Below are positions 14,564 to 27,200 of a stretch of DNA of 64,000 nucleotides, in pieces. The notes under the pieces were generated by a model. It ran no database searches, had not been told where the DNA came from, and worked only from the letters and a program-made list of their open reading frames with translations. How positions within the stretch are numbered: the first letter of the stretch is position 1; every line of letters starts with the position of its first letter. Source of the stretch: Tubulanus polymorphus (taxonomy: Eukaryota; Animalia; Nemertea); contig NC_134028.1 of the NCBI RefSeq assembly GCF_964204645.1, positions 23,308,345-23,372,344 of the forward strand. The letters are read 5' to 3'. The position numbers and the translations under genes are program-made.

Positions 14564-16094
14564 TTTTTTTACGGGGACTAATAATACGCGACCGCTACTG
14601 AACAACGGTAGTTTTGATCGATTATCTCCCAACTCGTCTGAATTCGCCGCTGAATGCAATTCATAGTCGCGACCGGAAAATTTTTCTTTTACAGCGAAAC
14701 TAAAATCCCAATTTCCATGATATAAATCCGTATCCTTAGCTGAGATGTAAAATTGCGTCCTTTGTTGTTTAGTTTCTTCGTTGTTCCATGATGAACATTG
14801 ATATTTCACTTTAAAATATCGTTACTTAAACGTATGTATATGCGTACGCGTGCGGCTTCAATAAACTTATTTGATATCGATATTGATAGATAGAGGTAAA
14901 TGATAAACTTATATAGATACTTTTTATGTATTTATATATATATATATATATTGTATGTATATAATTTCGTATATATAGAGAGATAATGATATATATGAAG
15001 ATTTTATAAGAACGTCGAATAAAATGAGTCTAAATTCTACAAAAATGAAATAGGTTTAGCATGATTATATATTATTTGATGATAATTATGATTGACTAAT
15101 TTATCCAAGGTCCTCTTGTCACAGTTGATAGTTAGTTAAGTCCTATGCGCAGTTACATAACATACCGCGCGAACTGATGTTGACTTTCAGTAAAATACAT
15201 TTCGGCAACATTTTTCCTTCAGGTTCGAGTGACGAATAACGAAAACGGTGTCTCTAAACATAAATACACAGCTAGTCCTTACCGGGATGCGCAGTATAAA
15301 TCCATACAAACAGCTTCAAACACTCGCCCGGCTCAAAAAGCTATAAAGTTCCGAGGCAAGAGACCTGATGCACACACTATTCACACTCGCAGCAGCGCAA
15401 CGCGTACTGTTCTGCAACAGCATTGAATTTCAGCGCACAAGCTGACATTTGTTCAACTGAATTAACTCAGGTGGCAGCACGTGGAATGAATGAACGAATG
15501 AATGAAATATATAATTCAAGAAACAGTTTCAACGGGAATCTTAGGCCTACCACCGATTTGGAGCAAAACAAATCAGCGAAGCTTTGGTCGAATAATCACA
15601 GGGCCCGCCGGATCGTAGAGAGTGACGTAGATCACTTTGAGACAAGGGGTAAATGAAGACCAACAACGCAGACCTAGTCATGTTGGGCGTCGCGGTTCTA
15701 ATCGTTCGTAGAAAATGACTGATTATGATCGGGATTTTATGGTGCATTCTGTTCCAGTACTCTCTATGTATTGTGGTCAATCCATTCCCCCAGTCACGAT
15801 CAGAAAAAAACCTTTAGTCAAGTGGTAAAATCCTAGGTCCGCAGTAACTGGGACTCAACCAACCAACCAATTGCCCGGCCAGGAATACAAAGGCCACCAA
15901 GCTCAATAACACATTTAACTTATTCATAATGCATGTTTATCAAAATACAAAAAAGCACTACTCTCCATTGCAGCGGTTTTATTCTAATGTGAAATCTTCT
16001 AAATGAAGGGTTGCGGGCAGGGCTATGGTTGGTGAAGATGTATATAATATACAGACTCAGTACCCGGTATTCAACATCATTTGCAATCTAGATT

Positions 16095-16388
16095 CAGAGG
16101 CGGATCCAGGGGCATGTTGTGACCATGTCGACCAATAAAAAGGGCATATATTCTTTATTTAGGGCGGAAAGGCATATCAGCAAATTTTTTGAAATTTTAC
16201 TATCATTTTAGAGCTTTCTGAGCATCTCTGAGAGGCATTTAGTCAAGAAACATAGGTTATATATTTAGGAAAAATATCTATTGTGTATCTCAGGTGGTTA
16301 CAACGGCAAATTTTGATACAGAGAAAAAATGAAAAGGGCAGTTTAGAATTCCGACCGTGTCGGGCGACACGGTCTAAATCCGCCCCTG
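16095..16388. mobile_element. MITE, CAGGGGCGGATC family, 5-bp TSD
   Basis: CAGAGGCGGATCCAG ... CTAAATCCGCCCCTG. TSD AGATT. Confidence 0.75.
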
Positions 16389-18228
16389 AGATTTGGGATT
16401 CTCCTCCTTCGTGCATAAATTAGCAATTAATTAGTTCAATTACTGTCTTTTCTGCAGATTTTTGTCCAGATACATCGTTGATTTGTGATATCACAAGGAA
16501 TGATGACCCCCATCACTTAACTCGAATCCACGTTTTGCCGCTAAAAAACTTTCTCTGTACTTCGATTTCCGATTTCAAAATCAAACCCCCTGTTTCGCTC
16601 CCGGCAGGTGTGGTGGGTCTGTAAGGGACACTCAATCGAAAAATCAAACGAAATTTACCAACCAAATAAATGAATAACTAACGGGGACAATCCTTATTTT
16701 AGGATCAAAAAACTTTCTACGTCCTTGAGAATGATGCGTCACACCTCACCCTTGCGACGCAGAAACTACTCACATGCCATCTATCGTTATTGGAGCGAAC
16801 TAACAAATTCCTCGCGATACCATCGGGTTCGAGCCCCAGTAGAGGGAAGAGTTAGAAAAAGACCAAAATGGAAACGGTGTCTACAACATATTTTACCCCA
16901 TTTATTGACTGCCGCTAAGCAGATAAATTACATAGATATAATTATTTGATTATTTACAAATCTATCAACAATTCAGAAATAAACGCTATCATCAGATGTC
17001 AACTTGTCAAAAGAGCAAGATCAGAACTACATGAATTTCAACTGTATTACTACATGTACTAGAATGGGTTCTCAAAAAAGTTCGTTTGGTGTTAGATTAT
17101 GCTATGAATCCAAATCATTTCAATTCTGTTTGAAGTCAGGTTTTTTCTCAAGATTTTAATAAAAGTTTTGATATGATTACACTACGGCTAAAAAACCTAC
17201 CGCTATTGTGGATGGAATGATCGAAATTAATGGAATGTTTTAGGAAAATACTAACAAAATAAATACAGATTTATGACCAGAACCGAACGCGCACCAATCA
17301 CAACTCAATCGAAACTCATCAGACTTTTTAACAGAAATCGAAGCCGAAGATGTTGTATATGTTTATACAATGCTGAACAACATCGGAACATTGTGGTGTT
17401 TTGAACCAATTTCAAAAGCTAAGCGACCTGCGACAATGAAAATACATGAAACAATATATTTTCTGATTGAGAATTTAAATTTGATATCGACATATTCAGG
17501 GATGGCTTCCACAAAATGTGAAATTTATCCAAATCATCGCCATTTCACAGGATTACGGATATCCCTCATCGGGATATCAGTGTACAGATTAACAATACTA
17601 AATACGATGAACACCAATTAGAATTTATATAAGACACATAAAAATAACACCATATGTCAACAACCACCTAACATTTTAAACATTATTGGCTATACGCTAT
17701 CACAAACTCCGCAAAACACGGGTCATATCCAGGCACATTCGATATTATTCGGGCCACCTATCCATCTATAACCCATTTCAACACCAGATTGTGATGAAAA
17801 AAAGTGCAGACTTTATTTCAATTATCCACTATAGGTCATTCCATTTGACACTACACCACATGGTTAGTTGCTCAAACCGTTTGTCTAGTACCAATAATGA
17901 AATACTGAACGTTTCAAAATCATTTTTAAAAGAGCAACGTCGCCAGTTCCAACAGAGTTAGACAGTCTACTGTATTACAGTATGGTTTCACTGTCAAACA
18001 CGGTTAACTTATCATCGAATATTTCATCGCATTACTTATAAGTCATCACTATTTTTCAGGCACCCACAACTAGTGTATATCCAGTTCCATTTCCTAAGTG
18101 TAAGTCGTCATTTTGATGTCCGAGGTCTGACGACTTTGAGACTGTATCGGTTTAAGTTGAAGTTGATCTCTGCTCAAAAGTGATACATGACTTGTATCGC
18201 GCGCTATATGAATATATCAACGATTCAT

Positions 18229-21200
18229 TCAGATCTTGATTTGCGTATCGGTATTATTGTTCACCATACTCAGCTGATTATCTGTTAAACTGTTCAACGA
18301 CGTCATACTTCCGTGGCGGCTCGCCGAGCGTATATTATCCGATACGTGATTGAATGAATCCTCAACCTGAGTGAATTTCCGACGTACGTTCGCCGCATTC
18401 TGAAATCAAACGCAAAATAATCGTTAATTCATTCGACGTAAAAGGAGTACCGGGATCAGGGGCGGATCTAGGGGGGATGTCGGGGTGTCCGGACCCTCCC
18501 CCTCAACTTTGAAGTGCACTCAAAAATGTCACCCACAAAATTTTTTTGACCAAGGTTTTCCACCTATAATATTTTTTCAACGCATGAAATGACCGAAAGC
18601 ACCCCCTAAAATGGTGTAGAAGTATCCGGAGTACGTGGTGTTTCGTAAAAAGTGCCCCTTTTTCTCATTGGACACCCCCCCGGCATGGATAATCCTAGAT
18701 CCACCCCTGGGGATACGTGTAAGTTTCTGCGTAGCCGGAGCTGCTGACCTCATTGCATTTTCGAGTAACTTCGTCCAGGATGTCTTTGACGCTGGTTCTG
18801 AATGAGAAGAAAAATACTTTTCAGTACAAAGAGATGCTCACAATACAAAGACTCATAAGAAGACAAAAATGTGCTCAAAACATTACTTAGGAGGCCAGTA
18901 GGATACCAGTGTTCTCCGTCACAAGTTTTAGAGGGGTGGCCAACCCTTTCATTTTACATCCACCCCTCTGAACATCAGCCACCCCTTATGCCGGAATCAT
19001 AAAGGGGCTGCATTCGTTGTGAAGTGTGTGACATCATGGTTGTTCAACTAGCAAGGCTTTCGACCCCCCAAAAATACAGAAAATGAAAGCTAACTTTAGG
19101 TGTATCTTCACATAAGCTCAATACATGTATATTTCAAAGTAATTATCAGCATTGATTGAAAATCTTCTGCCCCTACCAGAGTGGATGTCAATATTCTATC
19201 AATGCTGATAATTGCTTTGAAATATATTGAGCTAATATATACTAAGCTTAATTTTCTTTTTGGGGGGATCGAAAGCGTTGTTACTTCAGCAACCACAATG
19301 TCATTTTCCTAACAATGAACTACGTGATGAATGCAGCCCCTCTAAAATTCCAGCATATTGAGAACACTGCGGATATACATCTACGGTAGTTAGATAATTA
19401 GCTCAAGGAAACACTTTTTTACTTATTGTGGGATTTTTTGTTGTTACACGGACACAGGACGTGTTTCATCAAAGGTTATAGGACCTGATAGCTTATTTAT
19501 TTTGATCACTAATGGATTTTCTAATTTCATGAATCAATATTTTGAAAGTTGTTCACAAACGAAAGGAGTGCTGATCATCGATCATGTCTGACGTTCTGTT
19601 AACTACGGCTATAAATACTCCTGGAAACTACAGGATTACACACACTGGCAAATCAGGTTTTCCAATTTGAACGAAATGAGCATGAGAAATGAGACGCAAG
19701 CAAAATAGAACGGAATTTGTGTCGAAAATCTTTGTGGCTATAAGCTTTCTACAAAGAATGAACATTCAAAACAGCAAAATAAAAATTTGATTCTCTTGAA
19801 GCTAAACTAGCGGATAATTCAGACGAACATTTGAACAACATGCATAAGGCATCAAAACAAAGAGCACTCAGAATGAGTTTCAGTTTATATGAGAAGAAAA
19901 TTTAAAATAATTGCAAATATTTGACGATAAAAGGAGCACACTGGATTATACATGCACAAATGACGAATTACCTTCCTGTTTTGAGGGGTGATATAGAAGA
20001 TAGAAAGGAGAAAATCATCGATTATACACTAATAATCAGTGAAATCAAATACCAGCGGTGGAAACAAGACATTGACGAAATAACACACCTGATTGAAAAA
20101 ACCACCATTTCACATCGATTAATCTACAGTCAAATATTTAGTCCTTAAACAACTTTATTGTCTCTCAGGTCTGGGTCATTTGAGACGCAATATATGGAAA
20201 ACAAGTAAATCACTGTAATAGACTGGTTACCTAATCCTAGGGTTCTGATTGGTCTAGCGGTGGTCACCTGATGATTGTAATCAAACTGGGCTGACATGGC
20301 TAAGTGTTCAGATTGGTTCCGATGTTTTGATGTTAGACAGATATCAATAAATTAGCATTTTAATTTGATTGATTGAATTGGTCTACGGCTGGTTGCCTGG
20401 GGTGCACTCTTTTATGACCTTCGAAGTCTCCACCCGAAATCACCGGTTGGCTCCACGCAAAATGCAAATCACAAAACCTCGACAGAAAGGAGGTTTCGGG
20501 CTCACAAAAGGTCACGTGACCAATGAATGAGTACGATTGGAGGCAAACGGATTCTCCAATCTGATAAAAGAGTTCGCCCCACAATTGTGGAACTGACTCC
20601 ACAAAATGATGTGAACAAACGGGCCACAGGCTAGATAAAACCGATTGTTCTGATTGGTCTAGAGGTGGTCACGTGGTGTAAACATACAGGCAGTAAATCT
20701 CAATATAACTTGAATTTTGACAGAATGATTACTCTGGTCAATGGTATAATCTACGTGCACGTATTACACATTCTTGGCTACCAACCTTGGCTCCCAAAAC
20801 CAACTTAAGAAACTAAAACAATGCTAACAGTTACTGTAATAGTTTACTTGTAAAATATAGCAAACTTTGAACTTCATATTATCAAGTACCCGCTAAATAC
20901 CTCTTAAATGTCCCAGAACAGAATATTTTACCCGCAACCATTCAAATTGATCTCGAAGGGATGGAAACTAGATATACCAGGTATGTGTGTCGAGAGGAAA
21001 ACAGGATTAGAAATTGTTTAATGTGTACCTTGTTAACTTTCATCCATTACAAAATCACTAGATATCGCACACGAAATAAAGAAAAACATAACACAGATAG
21101 AAATATCGAATAGAATCATTTTTCACAAAATATTTCCATCTTTTCACCGATCGTGTTAGCATTTTATATATAAGTAGGGGAAAAAAACACAAAAATCACA

Positions 21201-24200
21201 CATGCAAGCTAAAAAAAATCTCTTCTGATGTTACGAATTTTCAAATTCTAAGACGATTTTCATTTTTTGTTTTGAACGACTATAATATACATTAAATCTA
21301 GTTTCTAAATCGCTAATACGTGCGCATGTAGAAATATACATCTAAATTACGGCCCAAAGGAAAATACAGAAAACGTGCTTTGAAAGTTATGTAAAGCACT
21401 GCAGTGAATGGAGGAGGTATCATGTTGATGAAATTTATTTTGCGGGCTAATAACATCGTAGTAATCATGTAAGTGAAAATAAGTGCGTTAAAAAAAGGTT
21501 TCTCTCTATGAATTTCAGCTCGAAAATGATTTTGACCTTAATGAAGATGATTGAATCGTTAGGAACATCGATCAGCTCGCGGGGAAGCATTGTACCGCGA
21601 CGACAAAGCGAGGCGTTAAAAATCATCAAGGCTGCCGTAAAAATTTGTTCGCGAATCATTTTGACTATATACGGAAAGAGAGCGTTAAGACAGTGCACCA
21701 CCTATAAATATGCATGTACAATAGGGGGCGCTATTGAATGGCAACAGCGTGAATGAACTTACAAACGAACGAACGAACCAATGAACGGTTTCAACCGGTT
21801 ACGCAGAATTCAAGCAGATCGTCTCTGGAAAATGCCGGATACAGATCGGGAATAAACGATGTCAGATTTTCACGCGCCGTATTGAAAATGTACAGACGGG
21901 AATATATACGACCAGGGGCAGATCCGAGGACTACATCTGAACGTTTTATCGTAATTTGTGGACATTTTAACGGTATTTCCTTAAATGGTTTATTTGGAGG
22001 CGTATCAACAATTAAGGCATTGTATTCGAAAATTCGTACGTATCGTTAGATGCATTTTGCAGCATTTTCAAGTAGGAAACCTTTCCTTCTTACCAATCAT
22101 GCAAGAGAGAGGTTTATAAGATCCATACGATAAGGCAGTAAAAAGTTAAGCGTTCATTCACAACAGGGCAATTCATTCAAATATATTTGAGAGAGTTTCA
22201 TACAAGGCCCACAAGAGGAACTCCTGGATCCGCACCTGATCGTTGATGTCAGATTTTCACGCATATTAAAATACGGCAGACGATAGATTTTTAGCAAGAC
22301 GAATAAGCCGATATTTTCTATTGGATATAATCATTCATCGCGCATTATGCAATTAGCTTCTGATTTTGAATGGCTTCGTGGGCGACAGAAGGCAGCAGCT
22401 GGGGTGATTCAAGTGCATGTTTACGTACACTCGCGTAACGTTTTTTAATAAGAACACTCACTTGGGCGTAAAATTTCGATCGGGTTGATTCCGATTCGGC
22501 CGCCGATTTGTACCCGGTCGACTCTGAAATTATACAACAAATAATATATAAGTCTATATAAATTTAAGTAAGAGTAGCAACGGGGTGGCGCCACTTTCCA
22601 AACAATTTACAAATTCCCGGAGTTGTTTCACTGATTTTACCATGTTATAACACAAAATTCCCTGGTGAATCTGCAGAATTATAATCACAGTTTGTCTCGT
22701 TTGATTTAAGAGTGCTGATAATTTTCAAAGATACACAAAGGCTACTCAAAGCACTATTTTTAATATCAGGGGCCAATTCCATAGTCGAGACTTAATTCCA
22801 AATGTGGTCTCAATTATAAATACTGGTCTTAAGTTGTAAGATTGGCTATAGAGTTGGTCTTAGATCGGTCTGAAGTCTAAGCCATGACCCAGTGTCTTGT
22901 CCATTCGAGGATATTGAACTAGCCGAACTCTCTCCCGAGGATTCAGCTCTTGATATCTGTTTTGTTCTCGGTAACACTGTTGTTAATCTGTCTACCCGCG
23001 AAACTTACGTCTTCAGTCTGTGTACTGATATGCTTTCGGTCTTCCGCGCCGCAACTATATTTTGTCTGAAAATAAAACAGAGCGGAGAATTCACATCGAG
23101 CTTTCGTTCGCAGATGCTTCACAGATTTTTCGTCGATTTTTATACATAGATCAATTTACATCGAGAACCAGGAACCGATATTTTCTCATATCTTACCATT
23201 TGTTGCTGTAATAATTTGATAGTCTGCTCTCGTTCGTCGAGTTGTAATTTTAATTGCGCCACCTGCTGGCGTAAATCATCATTCTCCTGTTTATCGGCAG
23301 AAAAAAAGACAATACCGTTAATCAACATTATCAGACACAATGAGAAATTGTGTTCACAAAATACAACTCTGAGTTCAAGTATGTGCTACAATGAAGGGTT
23401 TAGACTGGATGGTCACTTTTACTTGACTTGCTTTATCCCTGAATATTCCCTGACATGTACGTTGTTTTCCCTGACTTAATCTGTTAAGAATCCAATCCAT
23501 TAACACAGTCAAACACATAAGGCATAGCTGGAAAATGTTTAATTTAGATCTAGCAATATCAACACATTTCCCTGACTTTTCCGCGATTTTTAGCTTTTTC
23601 ACAAACTACCTGACTATTAGCTGATTTCCAGGTAAGTGGCCACCTTGTTGTGTTTATAGAATACAAGACTGAATTCAAGTATATGCGCGGCAATGAAGGG
23701 GCTTTCGAGTGTAATCTCTATTGTGTACCTGGATAATATCATCTTGGTTGATAGACGAACCCATGCTGCCGAACTCGTGAGTTAACGACCGTCGTTTTAA
23801 AGAACCGGCTGTATCCATACCGACATCGCTGCTCTTCGACCCTCGGAAACTTCCGCTACACGGAATCGACGACGTCTGGAAAAACAAATTTGAGGACGAG
23901 ATATCGATTTATATCGGGAATCGATGAACATCGACGAAACGTGTCGTAACGATGATATAAAAATCCCACAATACGATAGAAAAAAATTCCCACAATGGGA
24001 AAGAAAAAATATCCCACAATATGGAAAAAAATTCCACAACAGGAAAATAAGAAAGAGAAAACGTCCCACAATAAGAAAGAGAAAACACCCCACAATAAGA
24101 AAGAGAAAATATCCCACAATAAGTAAGGGAAAACATCCCACAATAAGAAAGAGAAAACGTCCCACAATAAGAAATTGTCCCACAATAAGAAAGAGAAAAC

Positions 24201-27200
24201 ACCCACAATAAGAAAGAGAAAACATCCCACAATAAGAAAGAGAAAAGATCCCACAATGAGAAAAAAAATCCCACAATAAGAAAGAGAAAGTTTATATATG
24301 AATCATCAATAATAATCTATTTCAACATTTCAAATGTATCCTATCAAATAGTCATCATTAGGAATAATGTAGGTATTCAATATACTTTCACTATTACCCT
24401 TTAGTCGAAACGTTGAAATAAATCACTAACTCCAAGAAACCTTTCGTACTCGTTTTTCTTTGTTAGCGTGAGATTTTTTATATCACCAGGAATTGATGAT
24501 TCATGTCGAACTAGCGCGGCGATAGTCTGATCGAAAAACAGTTGTGACCCGCGTACAAGGTATACTTTCCATCGACGACCGACCGTGCCTGGAAACATCT
24601 GATATACCAGTCGCACAGCTGCCAGTAATATGCGAATATTTGCCCGATATGCGACAACGCTTATTACACGAGGATTAATATGAATATCTAGGGAAAATCA
24701 CGCGCATTACATAGGATAGGAATCACTAGGGCAGGCGCAGATCTAGAGGGGGGTTTCAAGGGTCTTGACCCCCTGCGCAGCTACCAAAAAATCTTTTAAT
24801 TGTTTTCTTGAAGGAATGTACTCAAGACAACGCAGGCGGACAGTACTACATTAATCTGTTGTTTGGCCAAACAATATGCCATATAGACAACCTATCAGAT
24901 ATTTTAGTCAGCGGTTTAACATTAACATTCTTTATGAACCCCCTCCTGGCTGGATCCGCGCCTGTAGGGGCTAAATGTTCATAGCCCATATCTTCCCTCA
25001 TAGCCCATATCTTCCCTTACCTTATGATGTATTTGTTCAGTTTCGAATGGGCTGCGAATGTCTTCCTGTTTAAGCGAAAAAGAAAAAAAAAATGAAAAAA
25101 ACATAATACACGCCAACATCGTAAATCAACTACGGAATAAAAAGAAACATCTGACATTATCAGAATCAAATTCTGGCGTAAAGTGCTTCGAGGGAATTGT
25201 AAGTGAAGCGTATATAATTCAGTAAGCGGGCAGCGTTCTACAGATCGAATTAGACACAGAATAGAACGAACGTTTCAATTTAGTTGCTTTTAAACTACGA
25301 AACTAAATACTAATCGACTTACAGAGGGAAACTTCTGCATTCAATCAGAGATAGATAAAGTTTTTTTTTTAAATTCGCGTATATTTGTAGTTCCTGGTTT
25401 AAAACATGCTTCTAACCGGTATGAATCCCTATTTTACAAGCCTGTAGCGTGAGAAATATGCGGGTGGCTTCATTTTCTATTTGGTCGCTGACTGGACAAG
25501 ATCTGAGCCCTCCCTGGCAAACTTCCCAAAATTTGTAGCTCGAATATGGCCTCTGACGGATTCCCGACGTGGTTACCCAAATAACTTTAATATACATGTA
25601 TTCCCACTTTTTTACTCGCTTTTTACCTGAATTTTCCAATCAATTAACACAGTAAAATACATAAGACATAGATGAAAATTCTTTGATTTAATACGGGATT
25701 TAGCAATCTCAACAGACTTAAGCCTGATTTTTAATTATGTACAAAATTCTCAGACTATTCCCTGACTTTGTCGAAGAGCCAAGAAAATTTCCATTTTGCA
25801 GGCCACCCTGCATGTATTATGCTGCAATAGTAAACGTTTCACCTGAACAATCTTTCTTAAATAATCATTTTCTGGCACAATTCCCCAACCCCCCTGACAC
25901 GCTACGGTCTGATTTACCAATACTTACATCTTGTAAAATGCGTTTAAGTTTATGTAGCATGGTCTTCACGTTCGTCACGTCCTGCATCGCTTGTCGATAC
26001 TGATGACCGTCGAGCGTGAAATTCTCGTCGTCTTCAAAAACAGCCGATCGCGGTCGCGGCGCCTTCAACGGAGTCGATACGGAACGATTTCTCAACGCGA
26101 CCTTGTTCTGTTTGCTACGAGAGAAACGATGAAATAATACACAATACATTCTACAATTCGAACGCACATCTAGCGCCACCTTCGGTTTTCTGAGTTAGTC
26201 GACTATAGTCGAACTAAACGAAACCGAATGTCCGTTAGTCGGAACAATATTCCGGAAATAGTTCGAAAATCAAGCGCATTCGGTTATTAGTTCCGACCAC
26301 TAGTTGACTAGATACGAAAACCGAATTTGGCCTAGACTATCATTCACCCAGTCAGTGGTTGTCTCCACAGTAATCTACGTTGCTCTACGATCCTGGACTC
26401 AGTTCCACAGTTGTGAGTTAGAGTTAGTTCAGTACTCAGAGTCAAATCTTAACTCGGAACTGTGGAACTGGATCCTAGTGTACGCACCTGCGGTACATCA
26501 GACACTAAGGTTCTAGGTGAAGAGTATCATCGATAGAAACCCGCGATACCTATTCAAACATCTGTTATTGTTTTTTTTCTCACGATTCAGGGGGAATCCT
26601 TCCGACCATCATTCGAAAAAAAAAACTCTTAAGATGGGTGGAAGGATTCCACCAGAAACGTGAGAAAAAAACCAAATAACAGTTGTTTAAGTTGATATTG
26701 AGAGTTTCTCTTAATGATATTCAAGACTGGAAATACATAGTGCCCAACTATTTACAGGCATTTAGACTCTAAGAACTTTTTCGAGCATACCGTTGTATCT
26801 TTCTTCTTTCATATCGAATATGAAGATTTGTTTTCGCGTGATAATTTCCCATGTTTCCTGAAGGTAATACTATCCACGTTCTTATAGAGATCGATTACCC
26901 GACGTTGACCCGATATTTCCCTGACCTTCGACTGAAAATTCCTCGATTAGATTAGATATCTTCAACGCGGGTTCATTCTTCACAAGAGGTTCCTTGTGAC
27001 GCTTATCGCGAGCAATAACAACCAGACACCAAAACATCGAATTCCCTGACTTTCAAAGAAGAGCAATATTCCCTTACTATCCTGCTTGCTGCACAGAAAA
27101 ATAAATCAGGAATTCCCTGATTTGCCTGATCTGTAAGAACCCCCCCCCTATATTATGAATATAACTGGTTTCACTATCAGCATATGCTAAAACGGTTCAC

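Noticed and set aside
14564-14809. Upstream extension of the 206-aa Cav3 ORF
   Set aside because: It starts at a non-ATG codon and has no recognisable homology; treated as 5'UTR.
19972-19975. Apparent 4-nt microexon CAG|GAAG|GTAATT on the minus strand
   Set aside because: It would shift the frame and has no supporting evidence; likely chance.
20360-20477. Possible alternative last exon of CCSER (FCDLHFAWSQP...SN*), phase-compatible
   Set aside because: Weak GAG acceptor, embedded among repeated TTCTGATTGGTCTAG.GGTGGTCAC motifs. The 18797 and 18399 exons give a cleaner model. It cannot be excluded without RNA data.
23797-24276. Several 95-159 aa ORFs
   Set aside because: They are translations of the 24-bp minisatellite.
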